Below are positions 29,960 through 39,871 of a DNA stretch of 64,000 nt, in pieces (the first letter of the stretch is position 1; each line of letters opens with the position of its first letter). The notes under the pieces were generated by a model, which saw only the letters and a program-made list of their open reading frames with translations, was not told the origin of the DNA and did not search any database. Origin of the DNA: an uncultured Nitrospiraceae bacterium. GTDB taxonomy: Bacteria > Nitrospirota > Nitrospiria > Nitrospirales > Nitrospiraceae. The stretch covers positions 96,001 to 160,000 of the forward strand of contig CAWJWJ010000001.1 in the NCBI GenBank assembly GCA_963846575.1. The letters are read 5' to 3'. Made by a program: the position numbers and the translations under genes.

Positions 29960-31210
29960 ATGATGCCCGGAAGGTCTGTCGTCGAGGTCTCCGCTCCGGC
30001 GCTTCTCGAGTCCGTGCCGGCCCGTCGAGCTGAGCGGGCTGTCAGGCAATTTCGATCGGCTTTGCACAAGGTGATTCCGGTTCCTGCCCCATCCTGCTGC
30101 TCACTTCTCATCGAAGACATTGCGCAGGCGGCCACAACGAGGCCTGCCGGATCAGACCTCTGGGCGGCAGTCGGCGAGGATAGGCTTTGCGACCATGCCG
30201 GACTGCCGGTGCTGAAAGGGACCTTAGCCCAAGCCATCGAGTGGGAAACACTCAAGCTGCAATCACGGCTTGGCGAGAGCACCAGTCCACCGGCTTCCCG
30301 TCCGGTCCCGCTGTTTCGTGATCGTCACGTGCATATCGGTACCCTCATCCGGCTCTGGCGTCGTCTGGCACTGGACACAGAGGAGTCGCTGGCAGGACAG
30401 GGGTGCGACACGCTTCTCGACGTCGGTCCCTGGGGGGGATTCAACTTCGTTCTGGATGCGGACGGCTACACCCGCATGCCCTTTGCACGCCTCACTCTGG
30501 CCATAGCCGGCCTTCCCGTCACACCGATACAGGAACAGGGGGGACCGATCTTCGAACACCTGCTGCCGCGCTACCATGCTGCGCTGGAGGCTGCCGGGGT
30601 GACATTTCCGGATGTCTGGCACTATCAATTCCCCAAACAGGATCCGACGGGTCGATTGGCGGAAATATCCGGCACACATTACCTGCCCGACCATACGTAC
30701 GAGCGGCGCACCTTTATCAAGGTGAGGGTGTCCCGTGCCTATGACACGGTAGAAGAAATGACCTTGCAGGACTTTCTGATACTGCTCGAACGGCTTCAGT
30801 TCACCACCGATTGGGACCTCTATCGGGAACAAACCAAGGATGTCGACGCCCGTTTCGATTTGCAGGATTTCATTTCCCTCAACCATCTGGTCGAAGGGGT
30901 GTACCAGCGCTCGGCATCCGAGGAGCGGCTCTTAAACGAGATCAAGGATGCGTTCCGGGGGGCAATCAGAACGCCGAATGTCTTATATGATTTTCTGGGG
31001 CGAGTGATCCGGTCACGATGGGTCGAAAACCTCTACTGGGCAATGACCGAAGCCGCACTCGGCGTGAAACGATACCAGCGATTGGTTTCGTTTGATCGTG
31101 AGGTCTGCCCGCAGATCCCGCCGCGGCTGCTAATCCCTGTGCGACGACACATGCAGCGTTATCATCGCCAACTCGGCGCCTTCTCCGATTCTTCGAGCCT
31201 GTCGGCTTGA
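29960..31210 (+). CDS. Hypothetical protein (~415 aa)
   Basis: Long ORF with normal composition; no family recognised; start uncertain (29945-29963). Confidence 0.65.
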   Translation: MMPGRSVVEVSAPALLESVPARRAERAVRQFRSALHKVIPVPAPSCCSLLIEDIAQAATTRPAGSDLWAAVGEDRLCDHAGLPVLKGTLAQAIEWETLKLQSRLGESTSPPASRPVPLFRDRHVHIGTLIRLWRRLALDTEESLAGQGCDTLLDVGPWGGFNFVLDADGYTRMPFARLTLAIAGLPVTPIQEQGGPIFEHLLPRYHAALEAAGVTFPDVWHYQFPKQDPTGRLAEISGTHYLPDHTYERRTFIKVRVSRAYDTVEEMTLQDFLILLERLQFTTDWDLYREQTKDVDARFDLQDFISLNHLVEGVYQRSASEERLLNEIKDAFRGAIRTPNVLYDFLGRVIRSRWVENLYWAMTEAALGVKRYQRLVSFDREVCPQIPPRLLIPVRRHMQRYHRQLGAFSDSSSLSA

Positions 31211-32182
31211 TCAGAGCTTCGCGGCTTCCAACGTCCCGATACTGCCGGTGATCGGATGCCTGCGGAACCGGCCAAATCCAGCAGTAGCCAGCCACGCCTC
31301 GACCTCCGCCCAAGCATAACTGCGTCCCGTGCCGGTGAACGCATACATGAGCAGCGAAAAGACCGCCGCATCGGCCGGGAGCGTCCTCGCGGCATTGAGA
31401 AAGAACTCCACCACAAACATCTTTCCGCCCGGACGCAGGGCCCTGTGCAGCCGCCGCAACAGGCGCAGATTTTCCCTCTCGTCAAAGTCATGCAGCAGGT
31501 TGGAGAGCAACACAATATCGAGATCTGGATCCAGTGGCGCGGAAAACACATTCCCCTGACGGACAGCGATGCGATCCGCCAACCCCTCGGCCCTGATCAA
31601 TCGCCTGGCCACGGCCACCGACTGATCGACGACGACACCGTGCAGCTGTGGATAGCGTCGAGCCAGCGCGATCGAATAGGAACCTGACCCGCCGCCGAGG
31701 TCGAGAAATCGCGTGGCATGGCGCGGCAGGCGGAAAGAATCGATGGTGGGCGGCGCCAGGACATGGCTGCGTTCGTGCATCGCCAACGCAAATCTTCGCC
31801 TGAACCCGGCTGTTTTCGTAAGCGGCGCCCAGCCGCGACGGCCGCGACGGAGCGACCCGGTCATCCCGGTCCAGTCCGACCAATGGTGGTTCAAGAGCCA
31901 CAGGAGATTCGTCACCGCCAGAGGGCTGCGGCTATCGAGGTATGTCAGCCCCAACCTGGTATTCGAGTAGCGGCCATCCTTGAACCGAAGGAGCCCGAGT
32001 CCCGCCAGGGCCGACAGCAACAGCGTCATCCCCTCGCGAGTGGTCCCGCAGGATGTAGCCAGGTGCGCCGCCTGACGGCTGCCGGTCCCAATTGCCGTAA
32101 AGACGCCCAGTTCGTTCCCGACGAGGAGCACCTTGGATTCGGCGTAGCCATTCGCCAGCCGCATCAACTCCCGGTAGGTCAC
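31211..32182 (-). CDS. O-methyltransferase (dimerisation domain + Methyltransf_2)
   Basis: ELGVF, LDLGGGSG, GNVF, SNLLHD, LRPGG. Confidence 0.88.
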   Translation of the reverse strand: MTYRELMRLANGYAESKVLLVGNELGVFTAIGTGSRQAAHLATSCGTTREGMTLLLSALAGLGLLRFKDGRYSNTRLGLTYLDSRSPLAVTNLLWLLNHHWSDWTGMTGSLRRGRRGWAPLTKTAGFRRRFALAMHERSHVLAPPTIDSFRLPRHATRFLDLGGGSGSYSIALARRYPQLHGVVVDQSVAVARRLIRAEGLADRIAVRQGNVFSAPLDPDLDIVLLSNLLHDFDERENLRLLRRLHRALRPGGKMFVVEFFLNAARTLPADAAVFSLLMYAFTGTGRSYAWAEVEAWLATAGFGRFRRHPITGSIGTLEAAKL

Positions 32183-33183
32183 GAGCCCTCCGGCGACGCT
32201 TCACGCGGCTTCACGTCGAGGTCCAGCACCATTCCCCGGGTAAAGTGAGGGGTTCCGGTGACAGGATCCGCCAGGAAACAAATCAGTCCATATCGTCCCG
32301 GCTCCACATTCAGGTGGACATAGGCCTCGCGCCCCGGGTCGATTCCGGTCATACCGCCCGCCTCCATGCCTGCCGGATTCGCCGCGCCCCCTGGCCGATA
32401 GTCCGCGATGAACTCCTGCGTCGATGCTCCGTTGACCAGACGGATGAGCACCAGCTCGTGGGCTTGCTTGCCATCATTCTTCACATGGAGGACCCTCGCG
32501 CCCGATGTGAGCGGTTTACTCAACGAGAAGAAAAAATCGTTCAGAGATACCGTCGTATCACGGGATGGCGGAACGGCGGCGGACGAGCCGGCCTCCACCA
32601 CTCGAAGGGGGCGCACCATCCCGCGCATGGCATGGGGGCGGCCTGTCGCATCGGGAATCCCGCACAGGAGCACGTATGTCCCCGGATCAAGTTTGATGGC
32701 GACAGAGGCCTGGTTCCCCGGAGCGACGCTGTTCACGCCCCCGTAACGCCGCAACCAATTGGGGAGGCTCGGCATTCTCCCCGCCAAGGCCTGCTGCACG
32801 TCCTCGGCAGTTTTTCCCGCAGGCAATCCCAGAAATTGGATCTGATGCACGTCGCGCCCGCGATTGACCAAGCGCACGGTCTGCCATCCGGCCTCCATCT
32901 GCTCCGGACCGGTGAAGACATATTCCTCCGCCGTAAAAGACTGCACCTCAGCCTGGGCCGGATTTCCCACCAGCAGCAGCACTGCAAGGGTAGAGACGGA
33001 CCAGGCCCAGCGGATCATCACGGCGCGCAGGAGGGAGGCTCCTGGATGTGACTCGCCATGTCGTAATGGCATCAGGCGTTTATCCCGGACAATCATTTCA
33101 TCCCTTCGCCGGCCTAAGCCGGGCGCAGTCTCTGACCTCCGCGTGCCAGGATCCGGTTGCAACGCTGTCGTTCTCACGGTCAT
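32179..33183 (-). CDS. Exported protein with two tandem cupredoxin-like domains (paralog of 16087-16941)
   Basis: VHQ..CGIPDATGRPHAMRGM and AHE..CFLADPVTGTPHFTRGM; signal ending AQA; true start likely downstream of 33183. Confidence 0.75.
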   Translation of the reverse strand: MTVRTTALQPDPGTRRSETAPGLGRRRDEMIVRDKRLMPLRHGESHPGASLLRAVMIRWAWSVSTLAVLLLVGNPAQAEVQSFTAEEYVFTGPEQMEAGWQTVRLVNRGRDVHQIQFLGLPAGKTAEDVQQALAGRMPSLPNWLRRYGGVNSVAPGNQASVAIKLDPGTYVLLCGIPDATGRPHAMRGMVRPLRVVEAGSSAAVPPSRDTTVSLNDFFFSLSKPLTSGARVLHVKNDGKQAHELVLIRLVNGASTQEFIADYRPGGAANPAGMEAGGMTGIDPGREAYVHLNVEPGRYGLICFLADPVTGTPHFTRGMVLDLDVKPREASPEGS

Positions 33184-33671
33184 GAGTCCTTGGTCAACCG
33201 TTGGCGCGGCCGCAACAATCCGCGCAGCTGATCGATAAATTCACGCTGGCCGGACTGCAGTTTCATTCGTGCAGCGGGCAGATCGAACCAGGCTCCGCGA
33301 TCGACCTCAGGGAATTCACGGATTTTCCCCGACTTGGGCGGCCATTCCAGGGTGAACGTATTGCTGATCAGTGCGGCGGCATCGATGTCGCCTTCCACGG
33401 CCCAGGCCGAGATGACTTTTCCACTCGGTTGCTTCAGGGCGGCCAGGGGGAGAAACTCCCCTTCCACATCCACGCCGGTTTCCTCCTGAAACTCGCGTCT
33501 AGCGGCGGCGAGCGGGTCCGTAGCAGGATCATACTCACCCTTGGGAATCGACCAGGCCCCCTCATCCTTCTTAGCCCAGAAAGGTCCGCCGGGATGGACG
33601 AGAAAAACTTCCACTTCGTCGCCCTGGGTACGGTAGAGTAGGATTCCCGCGCTGAGTTTCTTAGAAGCCAC
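33180..33671 (-). CDS. NUDIX hydrolase
   Basis: HPGGPFW, WSIPKGE, AARREFQEETG, FPEVDR. Confidence 0.9.
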   Translation of the reverse strand: MASKKLSAGILLYRTQGDEVEVFLVHPGGPFWAKKDEGAWSIPKGEYDPATDPLAAARREFQEETGVDVEGEFLPLAALKQPSGKVISAWAVEGDIDAAALISNTFTLEWPPKSGKIREFPEVDRGAWFDLPAARMKLQSGQREFIDQLRGLLRPRQRLTKDS

Positions 33672-34168
33672 CGTTCACCCGCCGGGTCACCCACTTTCCC
33701 GACACAACAATAGATAACGCTGAACGACTACGTGGCTGTACCGGCTGCGATGTCGAGCGCCTCGCCCCAAAAGTATTCGACATACCGACCATACGGGTAG
33801 CGGGACCGGACCGAACAATGTGGCCGACAAGGACGACCGGTCACTGGTGGTGCTGGTCCAGTTGTCCATTCCACCCCCGGCTGACCGGTGGGTTGGTGTC
33901 TGGGGTGACCGACATGCGGATCCTGAGCGGGCGGGCGACCCTCGACCCCTGACTTCATCGGGCCTTTGAAGGTTGACCTGGAAACAAGCACAGAACCGTC
34001 GGCTAGTCGCGGCATGGCGCCTTCCATCGGCCGGCACAGATAGGGCCTGCGCGCCCCTCAGGCCTCAAGGTCGCTGGACGAGCGCCGACCATAGGATCAG
34101 CTCGCCGCTGAATGACGTCAGAACGATCCCGAATGGGCTGTCCTGGGCGCTCGCCGGCCGCGATACCG

Positions 34169-34468
34169 CTATCTGGAGTCAGGAATCTGTAAGGTGATGG
34201 CAATCGCGCGCCGGTCGTCCGTGATGTGGGCTACGATCTTGTCGCCGGTTTTCAAACGCCCGGACACGACTCCTTCAATCTTCGTCTCAGGAGTGACCCG
34301 CAGACGCTCTTCGTGACCGGAGAACTCCTTCACGACGAGTTCCCCCTCTTCCCAATAGAGCACATCAGCCTTGATCACCAGGGCTGCGGTCGTCTGGGAA
34401 TTCTCTGCGGCTGCTGCGGGGATGACTGCGATAAAGATGAGATAGAACGCGAGAAGAAGTGCCATCAC
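34169..34468 (-). CDS. Small exported hypothetical protein (OB-fold-like)
   Basis: Signal peptide; GGGAGG SD; LKTGDKI. Confidence 0.6.
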   Translation of the reverse strand: MMALLLAFYLIFIAVIPAAAAENSQTTAALVIKADVLYWEEGELVVKEFSGHEERLRVTPETKIEGVVSGRLKTGDKIVAHITDDRRAIAITLQIPDSR

Positions 34469-34683
34469 CGACCCTCCCACAATTGTTGTTAGCCTACCGA
34501 TGCTGCGGACCCCTGTCAATTGAGCCGCGGCCGCCTGCCCCGAAAATTGCATCTTCGCTGCTTTTGAAGAGATCGATCTCTGATGATGTCCCCCACAGGG
34601 TCACAAACAATCCGGTGTGACCGCTGTCGTCCTGAAAACTGGTCCTGACCGATATGTTTAAGACGGGCCCCCGCCCCTTCCTG

Positions 34684-35211
34684 TCACTCGTAGGTTCCGC
34701 GGATCGGATAATCATTTTCCTGAATCCATTGAACGGTGTCCAGCAACTCGTCGAGATCGGCTCGATTGAAGGGGGTGTTGGAAATCTCAATCAACTGGAC
34801 GTGGCCTTGAGCATTCACGGCAAACAGACCGGGCTCTGGAAAAGGTTGGTCCGTTTCTTCCGCCGACCTGGGATGGGAGATGTAGAGTCCCAATTCCTGC
34901 ATCTGGTCGATGGAGAGCCCATAGGCGACCGGCAGGGTCAATCCCGCAGCCTCAACCATGCCCGCTGCTTTGCTTTCCGGGTCACCGGATATTGCGACCA
35001 CCTCAGCTGCGCGGGCAAGAAAGCGCGCTTGCAGACGTTCAAGTTTGGCGAGATATTTCTTGCAGATAGGACAATGCAGCCCACGATAGACGAAGACCAG
35101 CTGCCAGTGCCCTTCCCGTTGCGCCCGGCCTAAGGTCACGGAGCCGCCGCCAAGGAGCGGAAGAGTCACAGCCGGCAGTCGACTGCCTGAGGAAAGTTTT
35201 GTTGTCGCCAT
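34684..35211 (-). CDS. Peroxiredoxin-like (AhpC/TSA) redoxin
   Basis: [32 protein letters not shown]. Confidence 0.88.
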   Translation of the reverse strand: MATTKLSSGSRLPAVTLPLLGGGSVTLGRAQREGHWQLVFVYRGLHCPICKKYLAKLERLQARFLARAAEVVAISGDPESKAAGMVEAAGLTLPVAYGLSIDQMQELGLYISHPRSAEETDQPFPEPGLFAVNAQGHVQLIEISNTPFNRADLDELLDTVQWIQENDYPIRGTYE

Positions 35212-35511
35212 AGACTCCCTCCGGAATACCTTCCGATCCCGAAAACGGTCTGATAAGCTTTCGCTCGAACAGTGCGCCCTACGCGACCGATCCTCGTGAT
35301 GTCAGGCAGGCGGCTACGAAGTAACGAGCCTCGCGAATGCGCCACCAGGCGGCAGCTTGAAGCCTGGCAGCACGCGTCGCACGGGAGACCATGCGACTGT
35401 CCCTAGCGACTTATCATTCCACAAACTTTTGCGCGATCCATGTAGCTGATTCCGCAACCCGGTTATGGTCATGCGCGCAAGCCGGCATCCGACTGCGTCG
35501 CAGTTGTGATC

Positions 35512-35832
35512 TTACTCCCCTTTTTCTTCTACGCCCCAACTGGTGACCACGACCTCCCGGCCCTTCGCTGCGCGGAGATGTTCCGCGACTCGTAAACCGA
35601 TGAATGCCGTTCCCAGGTCTTCCGGCGGGTGTCCATCAAGGAGTTCCGTCGACACCACCGCATCACGCAGCCCGTCGGCTGCGGCGGTTTCGATCCGAAA
35701 CACCTGTGCCATTCTGCCGGCATCGTAGGAATCACGAATCAAGGCGGTGGGAAACTCCTGCTGAAAGTATCCACGCACGGCCGCCAGTTTTTTCAACTCG
35801 GCCTCTGTGTTCGCATCCGGTCCCCAAGCCAT
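35512..35832 (-). CDS. Hypothetical protein
   Basis: GGAGGAGG SD; plausible composition. Confidence 0.6.
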   Translation of the reverse strand: MAWGPDANTEAELKKLAAVRGYFQQEFPTALIRDSYDAGRMAQVFRIETAAADGLRDAVVSTELLDGHPPEDLGTAFIGLRVAEHLRAAKGREVVVTSWGVEEKGE

Positions 35833-36233
35833 GCCCTATCCTCCTCCGGCCTTCACAATACGTATTCGGTACGGCCTGCTCATGAGACTGCCGCCGCACC
35901 CTTCGCACGTCGCCTTCGTCGCTTGCACGCCCTCAGTCTGCGTCATAGAATTCTGCGCAGCATTCTATTGTGCCGGACAACCCGAGTCCATACCCCGAGA
36001 CGCCGTAAACCGGGGCTTGAACCGGAGATGCCCTTCCAATTCTGCCTGCCCTGCCGGCTAGCCTGAGTGACGACCACCTGGCCGCTCCGGCGCGACTCAT
36101 CCGCGCTTCCCCGCACCGGTCGGACCATTCCTCCGATTAACTCTTCTCAAGATCGCTGACCTGGAATCCCTGACCCATTACATTCGTGCCGCTCAACGGC
36201 AGGCGCTGGGTCCCGGCGGTTTCGGGTCGTCTT

Positions 36234-37394
36234 TCAGTCACGCTTCCGAAGAGCCATCTGGATCATCACTTCCCGAATCAACAACTCTAGCTCACGATTC
36301 ATCAAGACGATCGTTGCCCGCAACATATCCAGCATCTGTCCCCTGACGACCAGGTCACTGCTCCGATAGGTACCGCCGTCGGCAAATAAGAGCTGGATGC
36401 GCCGATGTTCTTCTTCAGACCCCGCGGCCCCGAGACGGCCCTCCTGCCTCCAGCCGTTGATCAGTTCCTGCCGGAACGTCAACTGCTTCTCGTCCTGTTC
36501 ATTGATCTGACGGTTCAGAAACTCCCAGACGGAGGGTGGGATGTATAAGGGCTTCTCGGAATCCTCCCAGACTTCGCGCAAGACATTATCCGGATGCTCG
36601 AAATGTTGCTCGCTTTCCTGGTAGAGCGCGGAGATACCTAGGCCGCCTGCAATCGTGCCTCCCACGACGCCCACAATCCCCTCGCCAACCGATTCAGCAA
36701 GACTCAGCCCGCCGCTCGCAACCGCAGCCGCCCCACCGATAATCACCGCCCAGAGGGTCTGTTGCTTGATGCGTGCCTGCTCGGAATTCTTGAGGCGGTC
36801 GGCGACCTGGTAGGTCCGTTCAATTTCACAGCTCACGTGAGCGGCGCTACTGGACACGGCAATCATTGCCAGAAGCACACGTCCAAGGACTTCCTGGCGC
36901 AGTGCCAGAATCTTGATCTGACGCGAGGCATCGAGCAGAGGGAGTTCCTCGACCAACTCCAGTTGATTGATGAGTGGAAGCACGTCGATCGCATGCGCCG
37001 TTTTGATGGCCCGCCAGGAAAAGGTTCTGGGCATACGCCCCTCGGCTTCACGAACGAGCGGATCCTCCTTCGCCTGGTCGATAACATCGAGTGCCACACG
37101 CCTGAGCTGCTGATCCCCTTCGGCCGGCACACAACGGCGTTCATTGGTTTGCGTCGTCCGTCGTTCAGAATAACCGGTCGTCAGTGCACACCCGGAGCTG
37201 GCCATGAGCAAGGCCGTGATCAACAGCCAGGGGGTCCGGACAGACCGGATCCTCCCCCGCTTCTCAGGACGGGTGAGAGCCGTGAGCGACCAGGAATTGG
37301 GACCGCCGGGCGGAGAACGCTCACTGGGAGCAGAGTGGCAGCCCCTCCCCTCCGGGCATCGAGACTCGGACGTTGCTGGCGCGATCAACCCCAT
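36234..37394 (-). CDS. Hypothetical lipoprotein/membrane protein
   Basis: LLMASSGC lipobox-like; Gly-rich hydrophobic hairpin; start uncertain. Confidence 0.65.
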   Translation of the reverse strand: MGLIAPATSESRCPEGRGCHSAPSERSPPGGPNSWSLTALTRPEKRGRIRSVRTPWLLITALLMASSGCALTTGYSERRTTQTNERRCVPAEGDQQLRRVALDVIDQAKEDPLVREAEGRMPRTFSWRAIKTAHAIDVLPLINQLELVEELPLLDASRQIKILALRQEVLGRVLLAMIAVSSSAAHVSCEIERTYQVADRLKNSEQARIKQQTLWAVIIGGAAAVASGGLSLAESVGEGIVGVVGGTIAGGLGISALYQESEQHFEHPDNVLREVWEDSEKPLYIPPSVWEFLNRQINEQDEKQLTFRQELINGWRQEGRLGAAGSEEEHRRIQLLFADGGTYRSSDLVVRGQMLDMLRATIVLMNRELELLIREVMIQMALRKRD

Positions 37395-37778
37395 TCTACG
37401 GTGACTCTACCTTCCCGACCGGGCCGCGCGGCTGAATTTCCGCTCCACCTCACGCTCCATGGTCATAGCGCGCCTCTCGCGGTCGCTCTATACTGGTGGA
37501 AGGCCCAGCCTACGTAACACACCGGCCTCTGTCAATCATCTCCCGATGGTTCGGACGTACAAGGGATCTGAACCTTACAGCGAGTGATCCGACGCTGCCG
37601 TCGTCGCGCTGTCCCGGGCGATGCCACGAAACTGTCCTCGCTCAACCGGCCAACCCTGCACCCACATCGAATGACTGCTGGCTCCCCGTCAGACAGCGGC
37701 TCAAAGGGCTTGATCTCGACCGCGGAGACATGCTTGACTGGCTCGTCATTCACTCTTTCCGCATCATGGAGGGTTTGC

Positions 37779-38282
37779 ATGCCGCGAGGAATTTACCGCA
37801 CTCTGTACGTGTTCATCGTTCTTTTCTTTTCTATTTCAGCTCAAGCCGCCGATGCTCCAGACACCAGTCTCTCTCCTCTCAAGTTCCTCGTCGGGGAATG
37901 GAAAGGAACCGACGCGGATGGAAAGGCCTATCAAACGACCTATGCCTTAAGCTCGGGAGGCACCAGCCTCACCGAGACCCTCACCCCGCCCGATAGCCCA
38001 CCCATGACGACCATGTACTACAGCGACGGCGACCACCTGATGTTGACGCACTACTGCTCTCTCAATAACCAGCCGCGCATGCGCGCCGGGGCCATCAAAG
38101 ACGGAGACCGGAACGTCACCTTCACATTCATGGACGCCACCAATCTCAGAAATCCGACCGATGTTCATATGCGGCAGTTGGTGATCGAGGTCAGGGACCA
38201 CGATCATTTTGCCCAGACCTGGACCTTGAGCAAGGCCGGGAAAGATGTGCCGAAGATTTTTACGTTTGAGCGCGTGAAATAA
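37779..38282 (+). CDS. Exported beta-barrel-like hypothetical protein
   Basis: GGAGG SD, signal peptide AQA, LVGEWKG, THYC..NNQPRM. Confidence 0.7.
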   Translation: MPRGIYRTLYVFIVLFFSISAQAADAPDTSLSPLKFLVGEWKGTDADGKAYQTTYALSSGGTSLTETLTPPDSPPMTTMYYSDGDHLMLTHYCSLNNQPRMRAGAIKDGDRNVTFTFMDATNLRNPTDVHMRQLVIEVRDHDHFAQTWTLSKAGKDVPKIFTFERVK

Positions 38283-38324
38283 CGCGTGTGATGTGCGGCT
38301 ATTGAGCCGTCAGGAGGATACCCG

Positions 38325-39188
38325 ATGCCGACACCAACCCCCGCCGAGGTGATTGAGGCCCAACGTCAGGATTGGAATCGAGTCGCGAGTGGATGGGACA
38401 AATGGGACAACTATTTCAGCCGCAACATGACCTTCATCAACCATCGGCTGGTGGCGGACGCGCGGTTGCGGCCCGGCATGCGGGTCCTGGATCTCGGGTC
38501 CGGGACCGGATATCCCGCCATACTTGCCGGGGACGTGGTGGGATCCGACGGATCGGTCGTGGGAATCGACCTTGCCGAATCCATGCTGGCGGTGGCCACA
38601 AGAAAAGCCAAGGCGCGGGGAATGCAGCATGTCACCTTTCGCACGGGCGATGTCACCACGCTTCCGTTCGATGCCGCCTCGTTTGATGCGGTGATCAGCC
38701 GATTTTGTCTGATGTTCCTGCCGGAGATTCCCAAGGCCTTGAAAGACATTGCTCGGGTGCTCAAACCCGGTGGCTATATTGCGGCCGCCGTGTGGTCGTC
38801 GCCGGACAAGAATCCCTTCCTTCGGGTTCCGATGGATGTCATCAAAACCATCACCCCGTTGCCCCCGCCTGATCCGGAAGCACCCGGAATCTTTCGACTG
38901 GCTAAGCCGGGGGATTTGACGGCGATGATGGAGCGGGCCGGCTTCGCACCGTTGAGCGAAGAAGAATTTGTGGCGGACGTGACCTATGCCACGGCGGACG
39001 AGTTTTTCAGCAGTTTGATGGATATCGCCGCGCCGATCCAAAATTTATTGGGAACCCTGGCTTCTGACCAGAAGACAAAAGCCGAGCGTGGCATCATTGA
39101 GGCGGTGAATCAGTACCGGCATCAGGGGCGGATCGTCCTGCCCATCGCTGTCCGGACGGTCGCAGCACGAAAGCCTTCGGCCTCGTAG
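38325..39188 (+). CDS. Class I SAM-dependent methyltransferase (UbiE-like)
   Basis: VLDLGSGTG, GID, LPFDAASFDAV, LKPGG. Confidence 0.88.
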   Translation: MPTPTPAEVIEAQRQDWNRVASGWDKWDNYFSRNMTFINHRLVADARLRPGMRVLDLGSGTGYPAILAGDVVGSDGSVVGIDLAESMLAVATRKAKARGMQHVTFRTGDVTTLPFDAASFDAVISRFCLMFLPEIPKALKDIARVLKPGGYIAAAVWSSPDKNPFLRVPMDVIKTITPLPPPDPEAPGIFRLAKPGDLTAMMERAGFAPLSEEEFVADVTYATADEFFSSLMDIAAPIQNLLGTLASDQKTKAERGIIEAVNQYRHQGRIVLPIAVRTVAARKPSAS

Positions 39189-39200
39189 GAACTGAAAACC

Positions 39201-39228
39201 ACCCCGCCGCCGGTTCCGGCGGCGGGGT
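39201..39228. terminator. Intrinsic terminator hairpin between convergent genes
   Basis: ACCCCGCCGCCGG-TT-CCGGCGGCGGGGT; T-run follows on the minus strand. Confidence 0.75.
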
Positions 39229-39244
39229 AACCGGCTCCGGAAGG

Positions 39245-39523
39245 CTAGTCCTTCATCTTCTCTTTCATTTCGTTCATCTTGCCCTTCGCCCGCTCGCCCG
39301 TGCCTTTGATATCCCCCTTGGCTCGCTCCATGGCGGCCTTTGCATCGTTGCCCTTCATTTCTTCTTTCATTCCCTTGGCTTCGCCCTTCATTTCCTCCGC
39401 ATCGGCCTTCATCTCGCCCTTAGCCTTCTCAATTTTGGCCTTTGTCTCGCCGGCTCCGGCATACAAAGTCAATCCTGCCATCATGCAAAAACCGACAACT
39501 GCCGCTGTCATGAATATACGCAT
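39245..39523 (-). CDS. Exported CsbD/LEA-like K/E/M-rich small protein
   Basis: Signal peptide; repeated KGEMK/EEMKG; GGAGG SD. Confidence 0.7.
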   Translation of the reverse strand: MRIFMTAAVVGFCMMAGLTLYAGAGETKAKIEKAKGEMKADAEEMKGEAKGMKEEMKGNDAKAAMERAKGDIKGTGERAKGKMNEMKEKMKD

Positions 39524-39871
39524 CCTGTCCTCCAGTGAGATAAATGGGTGTGGGTCGTCTTAGTGTCCTCGTTCACTTGTATCGCCATCCCAGATCACCT
39601 GATACTAGAGAAACCCCTGGACACCCGATCCAAGTTCACGAGCCTGTTGGAAAGGGGTTACGAGGTTTCCACGGACGAGAACACAAGGTTGTGTACGGTT
39701 CCTGTTCCTGATGGTCGGCACGATTGCCCGCGGTCGTATTGTTTCGAGTGATGACGGTCGGAAACCAGATTTGCCGGGTTCGATTTGCCATCGGCATGCT
39801 GTTGCTCCAGCTACACCCGTTGTCGAGGCGCACCCGTCCCATCACCTGACGAGTCGCTGGAGATAGATGCC

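Noticed and set aside
33687..34037. Minus-strand ORFs 33728-34027 and 33687-34037
   Set aside because: Pro/Arg-rich with no recognisable motif; may be a decayed gene but cannot be supported
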